64,000 nucleotides of DNA from assembly GCA_964561045.1 (NCBI GenBank), contig CAZLOL010000001.1, positions 23,450 through 87,449 of the forward strand, written 5' to 3'. Below are positions 54,527-63,982 of the stretch, one piece after another. Every line of letters starts with the position of its first letter. Within the stretch, counting starts at the first letter, position 1. The notes under the pieces are model-generated. The model was not told the DNA's origin. It searched no databases and was given only the letters and a program-made list of their open reading frames with translations. A program made the translations under genes and the position numbers. The stretch comes from an uncultured Ignavibacteriaceae bacterium (GTDB lineage Bacteria; Bacteroidota; Ignavibacteria; Tepidaquicellales; Tepidaquicellaceae).

Positions 54527-55571
54527 CGCAATTAAATATCTGCCGCATTATCTGAGAAAAAAATTCAATGATAAATTAATTATAATAGAGAGCGATGACT
54601 GGGGAATGGAGAGAGCTTTAACGCAGGAATCTATTAAATGGATGGAAAAAAAATACGGCAAGGACAAACTTAGCAGATGGAGTTATGATTCTCTTGAAAC
54701 ACCTGAAGATCTCAAAGAACTATATGATGTTTTAAATAAATACAAATCTAAATTCGAATTTCCACCTGTTATCACAGCAAATTTTATAACACACAACGTA
54801 GATTATTCCTCCACAAATGAATTAAAATTTATTCCTCTTTCAGGGGGATTTAATATTGAGAACAAAAGACTGAAAGAATTATATACTGAAGGGATAAAAA
54901 ATGAAATTATTTTTCCACAGCTTCACGGATACAGTCATTTTAATCTAAATGCGTTGAAGGACTATTTTAATACAGACGAAGGCAGAGAATCATTTAAGAA
55001 TAATTTTCTTTCTGCAAAATCAACAATCAGGGGAAACCTGAGTTTTCTGCACGGAGAGCTCAGCTTAAAGAATCCGGATTCAGGGAAGCTCAGGGAAGCT
55101 GCAGAAGAATTCAAAAAGTATTTCGGATTTTATTCGAAATCTATAATCCCGCCTACATTTATTTTTGATAAGGAATTAACCAGCATTTTAAAAGAAAGCC
55201 GGATCTCACTTGTTCAATCATCAAACAGGCTTGAGTCATCTGAGAAGAAAAGACTGATTATCCCATATTTCAGGAAAAGCAAAGGATTATACTGGTCTGT
55301 AAGAAATGCAAGATTAGACCCGGATGAAAATTATAGATTCTATCACGATCAATGCTTTGCATCAATTGAAAAAGCTTTTGAAAGCAGAGTACCGGCAGTA
55401 ATAGATTTTCACAGAGTTAACTTTGCAGGGACATTCGCTCCGGAATACAGATCCAGAACTATCAGGGAATTAGATATGCTGTTTAATAAAATATATCAGA
55501 AATGGCCCGGCTCAAAATTCATACATTCACAAAAACTAAATGACATTTTATGGCAACAAGAAACCAGATAA
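54510..55571 (+). CDS. Uncharacterised protein with a CE4/NodB-like metal-site pattern (possible deacetylase/deformylase)
   Basis: TTG start with a 17-nt overlap. IIIESDDWG and later FPQLHGYSH (HxxxH) are present. Nothing else was recognised. Confidence 0.3.
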   Translation: MRNPFNAIKYLPHYLRKKFNDKLIIIESDDWGMERALTQESIKWMEKKYGKDKLSRWSYDSLETPEDLKELYDVLNKYKSKFEFPPVITANFITHNVDYSSTNELKFIPLSGGFNIENKRLKELYTEGIKNEIIFPQLHGYSHFNLNALKDYFNTDEGRESFKNNFLSAKSTIRGNLSFLHGELSLKNPDSGKLREAAEEFKKYFGFYSKSIIPPTFIFDKELTSILKESRISLVQSSNRLESSEKKRLIIPYFRKSKGLYWSVRNARLDPDENYRFYHDQCFASIEKAFESRVPAVIDFHRVNFAGTFAPEYRSRTIRELDMLFNKIYQKWPGSKFIHSQKLNDILWQQETR

Positions 55572-56206
55572 ATTTTATAGAAATGAATAAGGAGTTCATT
55601 TCAGAACCCATTCTTCTAGTAGGATCAAAGCAATACGAATATGACAGGGAAAATCTCAACACCAGTCTCATCAAAATGGGGTTTAAAAATATTACGGGTA
55701 TTGATCTGTTTGAAGGTGAGGGGGTTGATTTTGCAGTGGACATAACTGACAGCGGTTCAGATTTTGTTAATAATCACAAAGAATTTTATTCAACGGTCAT
55801 TTGTATGGAAGTACTCACAAATGTAAAAAATCCTTTCAAAGCCTCAGAAAACATAATTTCACTCCTGAAAAAAGGCGGGATATCTATAATGTCAGAATGC
55901 TATGTCAGAAAAATTTCAAAGATGCCGGTTGATCTCTGGAGATTTACATATGACGGAACTAAAGAACTCTTTTCCGGACTTGATTTCATGGATGCCAGAG
56001 CGATGATATCTCTTACCAGAGATAAAGAGGAAAGACTGCTTCCACTGAAGTATCCGCTTCCGCAGCTTCTATCAGAAAAGCACGAAGATGAAAGCTCTTT
56101 AGGATATATGATAAGAAGAATTCACAGAAAGTATTTCGGGAAGGGAATATTTAAGATCTCAAGGCTAATGCCCGAAACTACTATTTATTCAATTGCTAAA
56201 AAGTAA
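55550..56206 (+). CDS. Degenerate class I methyltransferase-like protein
   Basis: Motifs ILLVGSKQ, GIDLFEGEGVDFAVDITD and VICMEVLTNVKNP...LLKKGGISIM. The alternative start ATG 55583 lies after the upstream stop. Confidence 0.4.
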   Translation: MATRNQINFIEMNKEFISEPILLVGSKQYEYDRENLNTSLIKMGFKNITGIDLFEGEGVDFAVDITDSGSDFVNNHKEFYSTVICMEVLTNVKNPFKASENIISLLKKGGISIMSECYVRKISKMPVDLWRFTYDGTKELFSGLDFMDARAMISLTRDKEERLLPLKYPLPQLLSEKHEDESSLGYMIRRIHRKYFGKGIFKISRLMPETTIYSIAKK

Positions 56207-56213
56207 CCCTATT

Positions 56214-56927
56214 ATGTCGAAAGAAAACAGTATTTATGAAAAATTGAAAGACAATATTGCTTTCAGGATTTCCCGGAAAAATTTAAAAAAATTTTTACCG
56301 CCCGGCAATATAGATGCTGTATTAAATTCAATCGAGAATTACAGCGGAAGAGGATTTTATGACAAGATACGTTTAGCTCAGGAACGCAATGAACTTAAAA
56401 GCTTAAGCGAAAGAGTTATGTTGCATAATCCGAGAGTTATAGTAGAGATAGGAACATGGAACGGCGGAACGTTTTTTGTATGGAGCAGAATTTTTCCTAA
56501 TGCGAGTAAAATCATCAGTATAGATCTTCCGGACGGACAATACGGAGGCGGATATGATATAAAACGAATTAAATTTTTCAGGGAATTCATAAGTGACAGG
56601 ACAAATACAGCTATGCATTTTATCAGAGGAGATTCAAAATCTCCGGAATCGGTGTCCGGCTTAAAAAAAATCCTTGGAGATGATAAGATTGATTTTCTCT
56701 ATCTCGATGGTGACCATACTTATGAGGGAATAAAAAGGGATTTTGAAATTTACAAAGATTTAATGTCGGATGACGGGCTTATTGGATTTCATGATATAAA
56801 TACTTATAAGGACGGTCATGAAGTGCATAGATACTGGAATGAAATAAAAGAAGGCTATAAATATGAAGAGTTTATCAAACCCGGAAGCAAAACAATGGGT
56901 AACGGGTTATTATATATGAATAAATAG
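56214..56927 (+). CDS. Class I SAM-dependent methyltransferase (Methyltransf_24/CmcI-like)
   Basis: ATG 56214 (MSKENS) is preferred to TTG 56193, which overlaps the upstream gene. Motifs VEIGTWNGGTFFVW, IISIDLPDG, FLYLDGDHTYEGIKRDFEIY and GFHDI. Confidence 0.75.
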   Translation: MSKENSIYEKLKDNIAFRISRKNLKKFLPPGNIDAVLNSIENYSGRGFYDKIRLAQERNELKSLSERVMLHNPRVIVEIGTWNGGTFFVWSRIFPNASKIISIDLPDGQYGGGYDIKRIKFFREFISDRTNTAMHFIRGDSKSPESVSGLKKILGDDKIDFLYLDGDHTYEGIKRDFEIYKDLMSDDGLIGFHDINTYKDGHEVHRYWNEIKEGYKYEEFIKPGSKTMGNGLLYMNK

Positions 56928-56931
56928 TTAT

Positions 56932-57918
56932 ATGCCGAAGATTTCAATTATAACAACGCTTTTTAACGGATCGAAACTTTTCCTGGAGACAGCTGAAAGC
57001 GTACTGAGACAGGACTGCAAAGACTGGGAATGGATCTTATTTGATGACGGCAGCACTGACGGAACACAGGACATCGCGAAGAAACTTGCCGGAGAACATA
57101 GGGGAAATATCTTTTATTACGAACATGATGGCAACAGGAATTTCGGAACAGCTTTTACAAGAAACAGAGCCATTGAAAAATCATGCGGAGAAATAATCTC
57201 GTTCATTGATCAGGATGATATTTGGTACAGTACAAGATTGTCTCATCATTTCAATCTTTTTGACGAACTAAAAGATTGTGCGATGATATGGAGTCCGGCT
57301 TTATACTGGTATAAAGAGCGGTCATTCAAACAGCCGGTCGGAGAAAAGGGAAAAGGGCTTGAAAGTGGAATTTACGAACCACGGCAACTTATAGAAAACT
57401 TTCTCAGAGATCTCAGATGCACTCCGCTTCCGAGCGCAAGCATGGTCAGAAGAAAGCAATTCGATGAAGTAAAGGGATTTGAAGAATCTGTAAAAGGTTC
57501 TGAAGATATAGTGTTATGGATAAAACTTGCCAGCAAATACAGGATATTTTACGATGATGAAATTATTGTCAAATACAGAAAGCACTTTGATTCTACTTTG
57601 AGACAGGCGGCACAGAGCGGAAAGATGAATGAATGGAATCTGGTGTTTTACAGATGGGTGATAGAATTTCTGAAAAAAAATAATTTTGATAGAAGTCTGA
57701 CTGAAGAATATGAATTCTCTTACTATACCTGTCTCAAAAGGATCGCCGGCAAAAAAAAATATTTTGAGAGCAGAAAAGAATTGATAGACGGTTTAAATAA
57801 ATATCCTGAACTGAAAAACAGATTCAGAAAGGATTTTCTTCTGGACATTATGATGCCTTTTGATATGGCAACCAGGGTATCAGCAAAATTGAGATTTGAC
57901 TGGCTGAAAAAAAGCTGA
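56932..57918 (+). CDS. Glycosyltransferase family 2
   Basis: Motifs KISIITTLFNGSKLFLETAESVLRQD, ILFDDGSTDGT and IDQDD. Confidence 0.85.
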   Translation: MPKISIITTLFNGSKLFLETAESVLRQDCKDWEWILFDDGSTDGTQDIAKKLAGEHRGNIFYYEHDGNRNFGTAFTRNRAIEKSCGEIISFIDQDDIWYSTRLSHHFNLFDELKDCAMIWSPALYWYKERSFKQPVGEKGKGLESGIYEPRQLIENFLRDLRCTPLPSASMVRRKQFDEVKGFEESVKGSEDIVLWIKLASKYRIFYDDEIIVKYRKHFDSTLRQAAQSGKMNEWNLVFYRWVIEFLKKNNFDRSLTEEYEFSYYTCLKRIAGKKKYFESRKELIDGLNKYPELKNRFRKDFLLDIMMPFDMATRVSAKLRFDWLKKS

Positions 57919-57926
57919 ACAACATT

Positions 57927-59309
57927 TTGAAAACATCTATAATTCCTGAAAAGCAGATATTCGTAAAGAGAAAAGGTGATCCCGGTCTAAACTTAAAAGC
58001 AATATGCATATTTGCCGCAACCGGTTTCTTTTTGGAAAAGGATACATACTTTAATAATCTTGAAGCGCTGCAGCCCGCCACTGAATATCAGTTTGATGAA
58101 AATGAGCAAATCAAGATTTCAGCAGAATACTGGAAATGGCACTACTCTCCGGAAGATATTTCCTTAAAGCAGGCTACGGAAGAGTTCGCGCATTTATTTG
58201 AAAAGATCTGTAATGAAAAATTAAAAAATAAGAACATCATACTCCCCCTTTCCGGAGGTCTTGACAGCAGGACACAGGCAGCAGTTTTGAATGATGGAGC
58301 AAGTATAAGGAGTTATTCATATAAATTTGAGAACAGTTTTGATGAGACAAAGTACGGAAAGGAAATCTCAAATATAAAATCATTTCCTTTTAAAGAGTAC
58401 ATTATTCCAAAAGGATATCTGTGGAAAGTTATAGAAAAGCTTGCTAAGATAAATAAGTGTTATGCCGATTTCACAAATCCGCGTCAGATGGCAGTAATAG
58501 AAGATATTTCCTCATTAGGAAATGTTTTTTTTCTTGGACACTGGGGTGATGTTTTATTTGATGGGTCTGGAATTGAAGATAACATATCCTTTGAAAATCA
58601 GAAAAATGTTATCATTAAAAAAATACTGAAGAGAAGCGGGACAGAACTTGCAGAGTCATTATGGAAAGTCTGGGGACTGGATGGAAATTTCAAATCATAT
58701 CTTAATGATAGAATATCGAATCTTCTGGTCAATATAAAAATTGAAAATGCAAATTCAAGAATAAGGGCTTTTAAGTCCTTGTACTGGGCTCCGAGATGGA
58801 CAAGCGCTAACATGAATATTTTCGGCATCTATCATCCTATGGTTTTACCTTATTATGATGACGAGATGTGCAGGTTTATTTGCAGGATACCTGAGAATTT
58901 GCTTTCAGGAAGACAGATACAGATAAATTACATAAAAATAAAAAATCCCGGACTTGCCCGGATACCATGGCAGGATTATGCTCCGTTCAATCTTTATGAT
59001 TACATGGATTTTCACAGGAAGTCACGTTTACCTGTCAGAGCAATTAAAAAAGGTATCAGAGAAGTAAAGCAAAGAGTATTCGGAAGGAAGCTGGTACTAC
59101 GCAACTGGGAAATCCAGTTTTTAGGTGAAGATAATGAACGACATCTTAAGGAGCATCTCTTTGAAAAAAAATCTTTTTCTTCATTGATACCTGCTTCAAT
59201 TGTCAAAGAATATTATTCAAAATTCAAAACTGAAAACCCTGTTTACTATTCTCATTCTGTCAGTATTCTGTTAACTTTATCAATGTTTTCCGGAACACAG
59301 CAAAATTAA
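57927..59309 (+). CDS. Asparagine synthase-like PP-loop amidotransferase lacking a recognisable N-terminal glutaminase domain
   Basis: TTG start. The PP-loop ILPLSGGLDSRT lies only about 100 aa from the N-terminus. Residue 2 is Lys, not the Ntn Cys. Confidence 0.65.
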   Translation: MKTSIIPEKQIFVKRKGDPGLNLKAICIFAATGFFLEKDTYFNNLEALQPATEYQFDENEQIKISAEYWKWHYSPEDISLKQATEEFAHLFEKICNEKLKNKNIILPLSGGLDSRTQAAVLNDGASIRSYSYKFENSFDETKYGKEISNIKSFPFKEYIIPKGYLWKVIEKLAKINKCYADFTNPRQMAVIEDISSLGNVFFLGHWGDVLFDGSGIEDNISFENQKNVIIKKILKRSGTELAESLWKVWGLDGNFKSYLNDRISNLLVNIKIENANSRIRAFKSLYWAPRWTSANMNIFGIYHPMVLPYYDDEMCRFICRIPENLLSGRQIQINYIKIKNPGLARIPWQDYAPFNLYDYMDFHRKSRLPVRAIKKGIREVKQRVFGRKLVLRNWEIQFLGEDNERHLKEHLFEKKSFSSLIPASIVKEYYSKFKTENPVYYSHSVSILLTLSMFSGTQQN

Positions 59310-59324
59310 AAATCAATTTTATAT

Positions 59325-60506
59325 TTGAAAGTAGCAATTTATTCGGGTAATATACCGTCAACAACATTTATTGAAAATCTTATAGACGGATTATCGCAAT
59401 CCGGAATAGAGATATTGTTATTTGGTAAGCAGACAGCAGATGTCAGCTATAAGGGAAAAGTTAAAATATTTCCATTGCCGGTAAGGGGAGCAAGACTGAT
59501 CATTCATGTTATAAAGCATTCAATATCTTTGTTCTTCAAGAGTCCTGATCTATTTTTTAAATGTCATAGAATTTTAAAAGGTAAAAAAAAGAAGATTAAA
59601 AAGATCATTAAAGAAGCCGGTGTAGTTTTTCCTATGGTAAATAATCAACCGGATATATTTCATATACAATGGGCAAAGACAGTTGAGCAGCATCCTGAAC
59701 TATTTGATATGCTTGACTGTAAATTCATAGTTAGCTTAAGAGGCGCGCATATAAATTACTCTCCGATATTAGACACAAAATTAGCCGATGCATACAGAAA
59801 ACATTTTCCGGCAGTAGACGGATTCCATGCTGTTTCCGAAGAGATAGGCAGAGAAGCCATGAAATACGGAGCTGATAAAAACAAGATCAGGGTCATTCAT
59901 TCAAGTATCAAAGACGAACTGCTGAATATGAACTCCGAATTATATAAAAAAGGAAATAAGCTGAAAATTATATCGGTCGGAAGATTTCATTGGAAGAAAG
60001 GATATCATTACGCTCTTGACTCAATGAGAATTCTAGATGAGAGAAATGTGGATTTTATATATACAATTATTGCGCAGGGAAAAATCCCGGAAGAAATAAC
60101 ATTTCTTATTAATGAATATAAACTTAATGAGAAAGTAAAGATAATCCAGGGAATGAATCACAACGAACTGATCACAAAACTTCAGAACTCGCATATGCTG
60201 ATCCTACCAAGTGTAGAAGAAGGAATTGCCAATGTAGTGCTGGAAGCAATGGCTATAGGAGTTCCCGTATTGACAACTGACTGCGGAGGAATGGCTGAAG
60301 TAGTTGAAGACAAGATCAACGGATATATAGTTACCGTTAGAAATCCTGATTTGCTGGCTGAGCGGATAATGTCATTCATAAATACTGACATGGACTTTAA
60401 AAATAATTTAACAAAAAGGGCAAAGGATGTAATTGCCAAAGAATTCGGCAGGGATAAACAGATTCGTGAATTTTCAGATTTTTATCAATCAATTCTCGGT
60501 AAATAA
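59325..60506 (+). CDS. Glycosyltransferase family 4 (GT-B)
   Basis: TTG start. Motif PSVEEGIANVVLEAMAIGVPVLTTDCGGMAEVVEDKINGYIV. Confidence 0.85.
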   Translation: MKVAIYSGNIPSTTFIENLIDGLSQSGIEILLFGKQTADVSYKGKVKIFPLPVRGARLIIHVIKHSISLFFKSPDLFFKCHRILKGKKKKIKKIIKEAGVVFPMVNNQPDIFHIQWAKTVEQHPELFDMLDCKFIVSLRGAHINYSPILDTKLADAYRKHFPAVDGFHAVSEEIGREAMKYGADKNKIRVIHSSIKDELLNMNSELYKKGNKLKIISVGRFHWKKGYHYALDSMRILDERNVDFIYTIIAQGKIPEEITFLINEYKLNEKVKIIQGMNHNELITKLQNSHMLILPSVEEGIANVVLEAMAIGVPVLTTDCGGMAEVVEDKINGYIVTVRNPDLLAERIMSFINTDMDFKNNLTKRAKDVIAKEFGRDKQIREFSDFYQSILGK

Positions 60507-60508
60507 AA

Positions 60509-61684
60509 ATGAGAATTGGACTTGTATTACCTGAAGCACCGCAATATTCAGAAACATTTTTTAATCATAAGATAAAAGGTCTGAAGGAATCAGGGTTTGA
60601 GGTAATTGTATTCAGTAACAAGAAGGAAAAGAAAAAATACGGTTACGAAATCAGAAGCGCTTATCCGGTATATGAAAATGATAATTTAAAACAGATCGTT
60701 ATGTTCATCTGGGTTTTAAGTAAAACTTACATTAAAGCCCGTAGGAGATTTGTTAAATTATATAGACTTGAAAAGGAATCCGGCAGAACATTAACTGAGT
60801 CTCTCAAATCAGTTTACATTAACTCTCATATTCTTACAAATGTTACTGATCATCTACATTTTGGATTTGCTACCATGGCATTAAAGAGGGAGAATACAGC
60901 AGAAGCAGCAGGTTCAAAAATGAGTGTCAGTTTCAGAGGCTTTGATTTGAATGTATATCCTTTAAAAAATCCCGGCTGCTACGATCTATTATGGAAGAAA
61001 GTAGAAAAGGTTCATACTATTTCAGATTATCTTTATGCCAAAGCTCTCAAATCCGGTTTATCACCCGATATATTTTTCAGAAAGATCACTCCGGCAATTG
61101 ACATTTCATCATTCAGAATAAAGGAACAGCAGGGAATGATCGGGAAAAAGATAAAATTTCTTACCATTGGAAGGCTCAACTGGATCAAGGATTATGAAAC
61201 AGCAATATCTGCCATGAAGATTTTAAAGAACAAAGGATTTGATTTCATATACAATATTGTCGGTAATGGTACAGAGCTCGAACGTCTTTCTTTTGCTGTT
61301 TATCAATGCGGACTGCAGGATAATGTATTTTTTACAGGAAGGAAGGAGCACAAAGAAATAAATCAAATGATGAGAGAATCTGACATTTATATTCAGACAA
61401 GTTTACAGGAAGGATTTTGTGTGTCAGTGCTTGAAGCGCAGGCATCGGGGTTGTTATGTATTGTTAGTGATGCAGACGGTTTAAAGGAAAATGTAAAGGA
61501 CGGAGTTACTGGTTGGACCGTGAAGAGAAGGGAGCCCGGAGAGTTTGCATCAAAAATAGAATATGTTATAAATCTACCAGAAGAAAAGCGAAATGAGATT
61601 TCAATTAATGCCAGAAAAAGAGTACAGGATAATTTTACAATAGAAAAACAAAATTTATTATTTAAGGAATTTTTTAATTCATGA
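60509..61684 (+). CDS. Glycosyltransferase family 4 (GT-B)
   Basis: Motif TSLQEGFCVSVLEAQASGLLCIVSDADGLKENVKDGVTGW. Confidence 0.85.
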   Translation: MRIGLVLPEAPQYSETFFNHKIKGLKESGFEVIVFSNKKEKKKYGYEIRSAYPVYENDNLKQIVMFIWVLSKTYIKARRRFVKLYRLEKESGRTLTESLKSVYINSHILTNVTDHLHFGFATMALKRENTAEAAGSKMSVSFRGFDLNVYPLKNPGCYDLLWKKVEKVHTISDYLYAKALKSGLSPDIFFRKITPAIDISSFRIKEQQGMIGKKIKFLTIGRLNWIKDYETAISAMKILKNKGFDFIYNIVGNGTELERLSFAVYQCGLQDNVFFTGRKEHKEINQMMRESDIYIQTSLQEGFCVSVLEAQASGLLCIVSDADGLKENVKDGVTGWTVKRREPGEFASKIEYVINLPEEKRNEISINARKRVQDNFTIEKQNLLFKEFFNS

Positions 61685-62613
61685 ACCAAGCTAACAGATC
61701 AATATCCGTAGTAAGTCCTGTTTACAGATCAGAAAAAATTGTCGATGAGCTAGTAAGAAGATTATCCTCATCTCTTTCAAAGATAACGGATAATTACGAG
61801 ATTGTACTGGTAGAGGATGGAGGCGGGGATAATTCATGGAAGGAAATAGAAAAGAACTGCAGCTCGGATAAAAAAGTAAAAGGAATCAGACTCAGCAGAA
61901 ACTTTGGTCAGCATTATGCTATCACAGCCGGACTGAATGAAGCATCAGGGGATATTATAGTGATCATGGATTGTGATCTGCAGGATGACCCGGAGCATAT
62001 AGAGAAATTATTTAAAGAATTCAATAATGGATATGACGTTGTTTTTACAAAGAGGATTGGAAGGAAGCATTCTTTCTTTAAAATGATGACGGCAAAGATT
62101 TATAATTCCTTATTTAAAATATTTTCGGACAAGAATTATGATCTGGATGTTGGATCCATGACAATGATAAGCAAGAGAGTAAAGGATGAATTTATCAGGC
62201 TCAAAGATCAGGACAGATTGTACATACAGTTGCTTAAGTGGGTTGGATTCAGATCAACATATGTATCTGTAGAACACAGAGAAAGATACGAAGGTACTTC
62301 CACATATTCCCTTTCAAAACTTTTCGTGACTGCGATTCAGGGATGGACTTCATATTCTGACAAGTTGTTAAGACTGTCAATTTATTCCGGGCTTATAATT
62401 TCATTTCTTTCTTTACTTGCAGGAATGAGCATTGTATTAAGTTATTTTCTTTTAAAGTATCAGCCGGGGTGGCCAAGTCTGATAGTAGCTATTTTATTCT
62501 CAACCGGTTTGATCCTGATGAGCATCGGAATAACCGGAATATATATCGGCAAAATTTTCGAACAGACAAAAGAAAGACCGCTTTATATCATAGATGAAAA
62601 ATTAAATTTATAA
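61681..62613 (+). CDS. GT2 polyprenyl-phosphate glycosyltransferase (ArnC/GtrB/DPM1-like), copy 2
   Basis: Motifs ISVVSPVYRSEKIVDELVRRL, VEDGGGDNS, RLSRNFGQHYAITAG and DCDLQDDPE. There are two C-terminal TM helices and an RPLYIIDE tail. Confidence 0.8.
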   Translation: MNQANRSISVVSPVYRSEKIVDELVRRLSSSLSKITDNYEIVLVEDGGGDNSWKEIEKNCSSDKKVKGIRLSRNFGQHYAITAGLNEASGDIIVIMDCDLQDDPEHIEKLFKEFNNGYDVVFTKRIGRKHSFFKMMTAKIYNSLFKIFSDKNYDLDVGSMTMISKRVKDEFIRLKDQDRLYIQLLKWVGFRSTYVSVEHRERYEGTSTYSLSKLFVTAIQGWTSYSDKLLRLSIYSGLIISFLSLLAGMSIVLSYFLLKYQPGWPSLIVAILFSTGLILMSIGITGIYIGKIFEQTKERPLYIIDEKLNL

Positions 62614-62614
62614 A

Positions 62615-63304
62615 TTGAAAAAGATAATAATTACTCAATCTAATTATATTCCCTGGAAAGGATATTTCGATTCGATAAATACAGCAGATGAATTTATCCT
62701 GTACGACGACATGCAGTTTACAAGAAGGGACTGGCGAAACAGGAATCAGATAAAGACAAGAGACGGCATCAAATGGCTGACAATTCCTGTAGAAGTGAAA
62801 GGTAAATATTATCAGAAGATAAACGAAACAAAGATCAGTGAGCCTGATTGGGCAGAAAAGCACTGGAACACGATACTTCATAATTATTCCAAGGCGAAAT
62901 ATTTTAATGAATATAAAAAACTTTTCGAAGAGCTTTATATGAATAATAAAGAAGAATATCTCAGCAAAGTAAATTACAATTTCCTTAAAGCTGTGTGTGA
63001 AATACTCGGAATCAAAACAAAAATGATCTGGTCAGAAGAATTCAATCTCCTTGAAGAAAAGACTGAAAGGCTTGTTGATATCTGCAAGACAAGAGGGGCA
63101 ACTGATTATTATTCGGGTCCTGCCGCAAAAGCTTATATGAATGAAGAACTATTCGAAAAGGAAAACATTAAAGTTCATTATTTTGACTATTCCGGATATC
63201 CTGAATATTATCAGCTGCACGGTGATTTTACTCATGCAGTTAGCATTATTGATCTAATATTTAATGAAGGTCCAAATTCAACTAAATTTATGAAGTCATT
63301 TTAA
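62615..63304 (+). CDS. WbqC-family protein
   Basis: TTG start. Motif KIIITQSNYIPWKGYFD...YDDMQFTRRDWRNRNQIKTRDGIKWLTIPV. Confidence 0.7.
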   Translation: MKKIIITQSNYIPWKGYFDSINTADEFILYDDMQFTRRDWRNRNQIKTRDGIKWLTIPVEVKGKYYQKINETKISEPDWAEKHWNTILHNYSKAKYFNEYKKLFEELYMNNKEEYLSKVNYNFLKAVCEILGIKTKMIWSEEFNLLEEKTERLVDICKTRGATDYYSGPAAKAYMNEELFEKENIKVHYFDYSGYPEYYQLHGDFTHAVSIIDLIFNEGPNSTKFMKSF

Positions 63305-63307
63305 ACC

Positions 63308-63982
63308 ATGAATAATAAAAATAAAAAACTTATAATAATCGGAAATACTTCAAATGCCAGGCTGGCAAAGTATTTTTTTGAAACAGATTCAGAATATGAA
63401 GTGTCTGCGTTTTCGGTAAATGAAAAGTATATAACTTCTGAGACCTTTGAAGGATTGCCTATATCGCCGCTTGAAGATGCTGATAAAAGTCATCCTGCTT
63501 CAGAATATGATGCATTCGTTGCGGTCGGATATAATAATATGAATAAGATCAGGGAGAGTCTTTACAATGAATGCAAATCCAAAGGATACAAAATGGCAAA
63601 TTATATCAGCTCACATTGTTCATATTTGTCGCAGTTTCCGCCAGGTGATAATTGTTTTATTCTTGAAGATAATACAATTCAGCCTTATGTAAGGATCGGA
63701 AACAATGTAGTTCTCTGGAGCGGTAATCATATTGGACATGACGTAACGATAGAGGACCATAATTTTATTTCTTCCCATGTTGTTGTATCCGGATTCGTTA
63801 CAATAAAAAGAAACTGCTTTATCGGAGTAAATGCAACATTACGCGATGCAATTACAATTGCTCCTGAAACTTTGATAGCCGCTGGCGCAATAATAATGAA
63901 AGATACAGTGGAAAAAGGTGTTTACCTTCCTGCCCGATCGACACTGTTTGATAAAAAAAGTGACGAAATAAAAATATCATAG
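63308..63982 (+). CDS. NeuD/PglD-family sugar N/O-acetyltransferase (left-handed beta-helix)
   Basis: The N-terminal Rossmann-like KLIIIGNTSNARLA is followed by hexapeptide repeats IGNNVVLWSGNHIGHDVTIEDHNFISSHVVVSGFVTIKRNCFIGVNATL. Confidence 0.8.
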   Translation: MNNKNKKLIIIGNTSNARLAKYFFETDSEYEVSAFSVNEKYITSETFEGLPISPLEDADKSHPASEYDAFVAVGYNNMNKIRESLYNECKSKGYKMANYISSHCSYLSQFPPGDNCFILEDNTIQPYVRIGNNVVLWSGNHIGHDVTIEDHNFISSHVVVSGFVTIKRNCFIGVNATLRDAITIAPETLIAAGAIIMKDTVEKGVYLPARSTLFDKKSDEIKIS

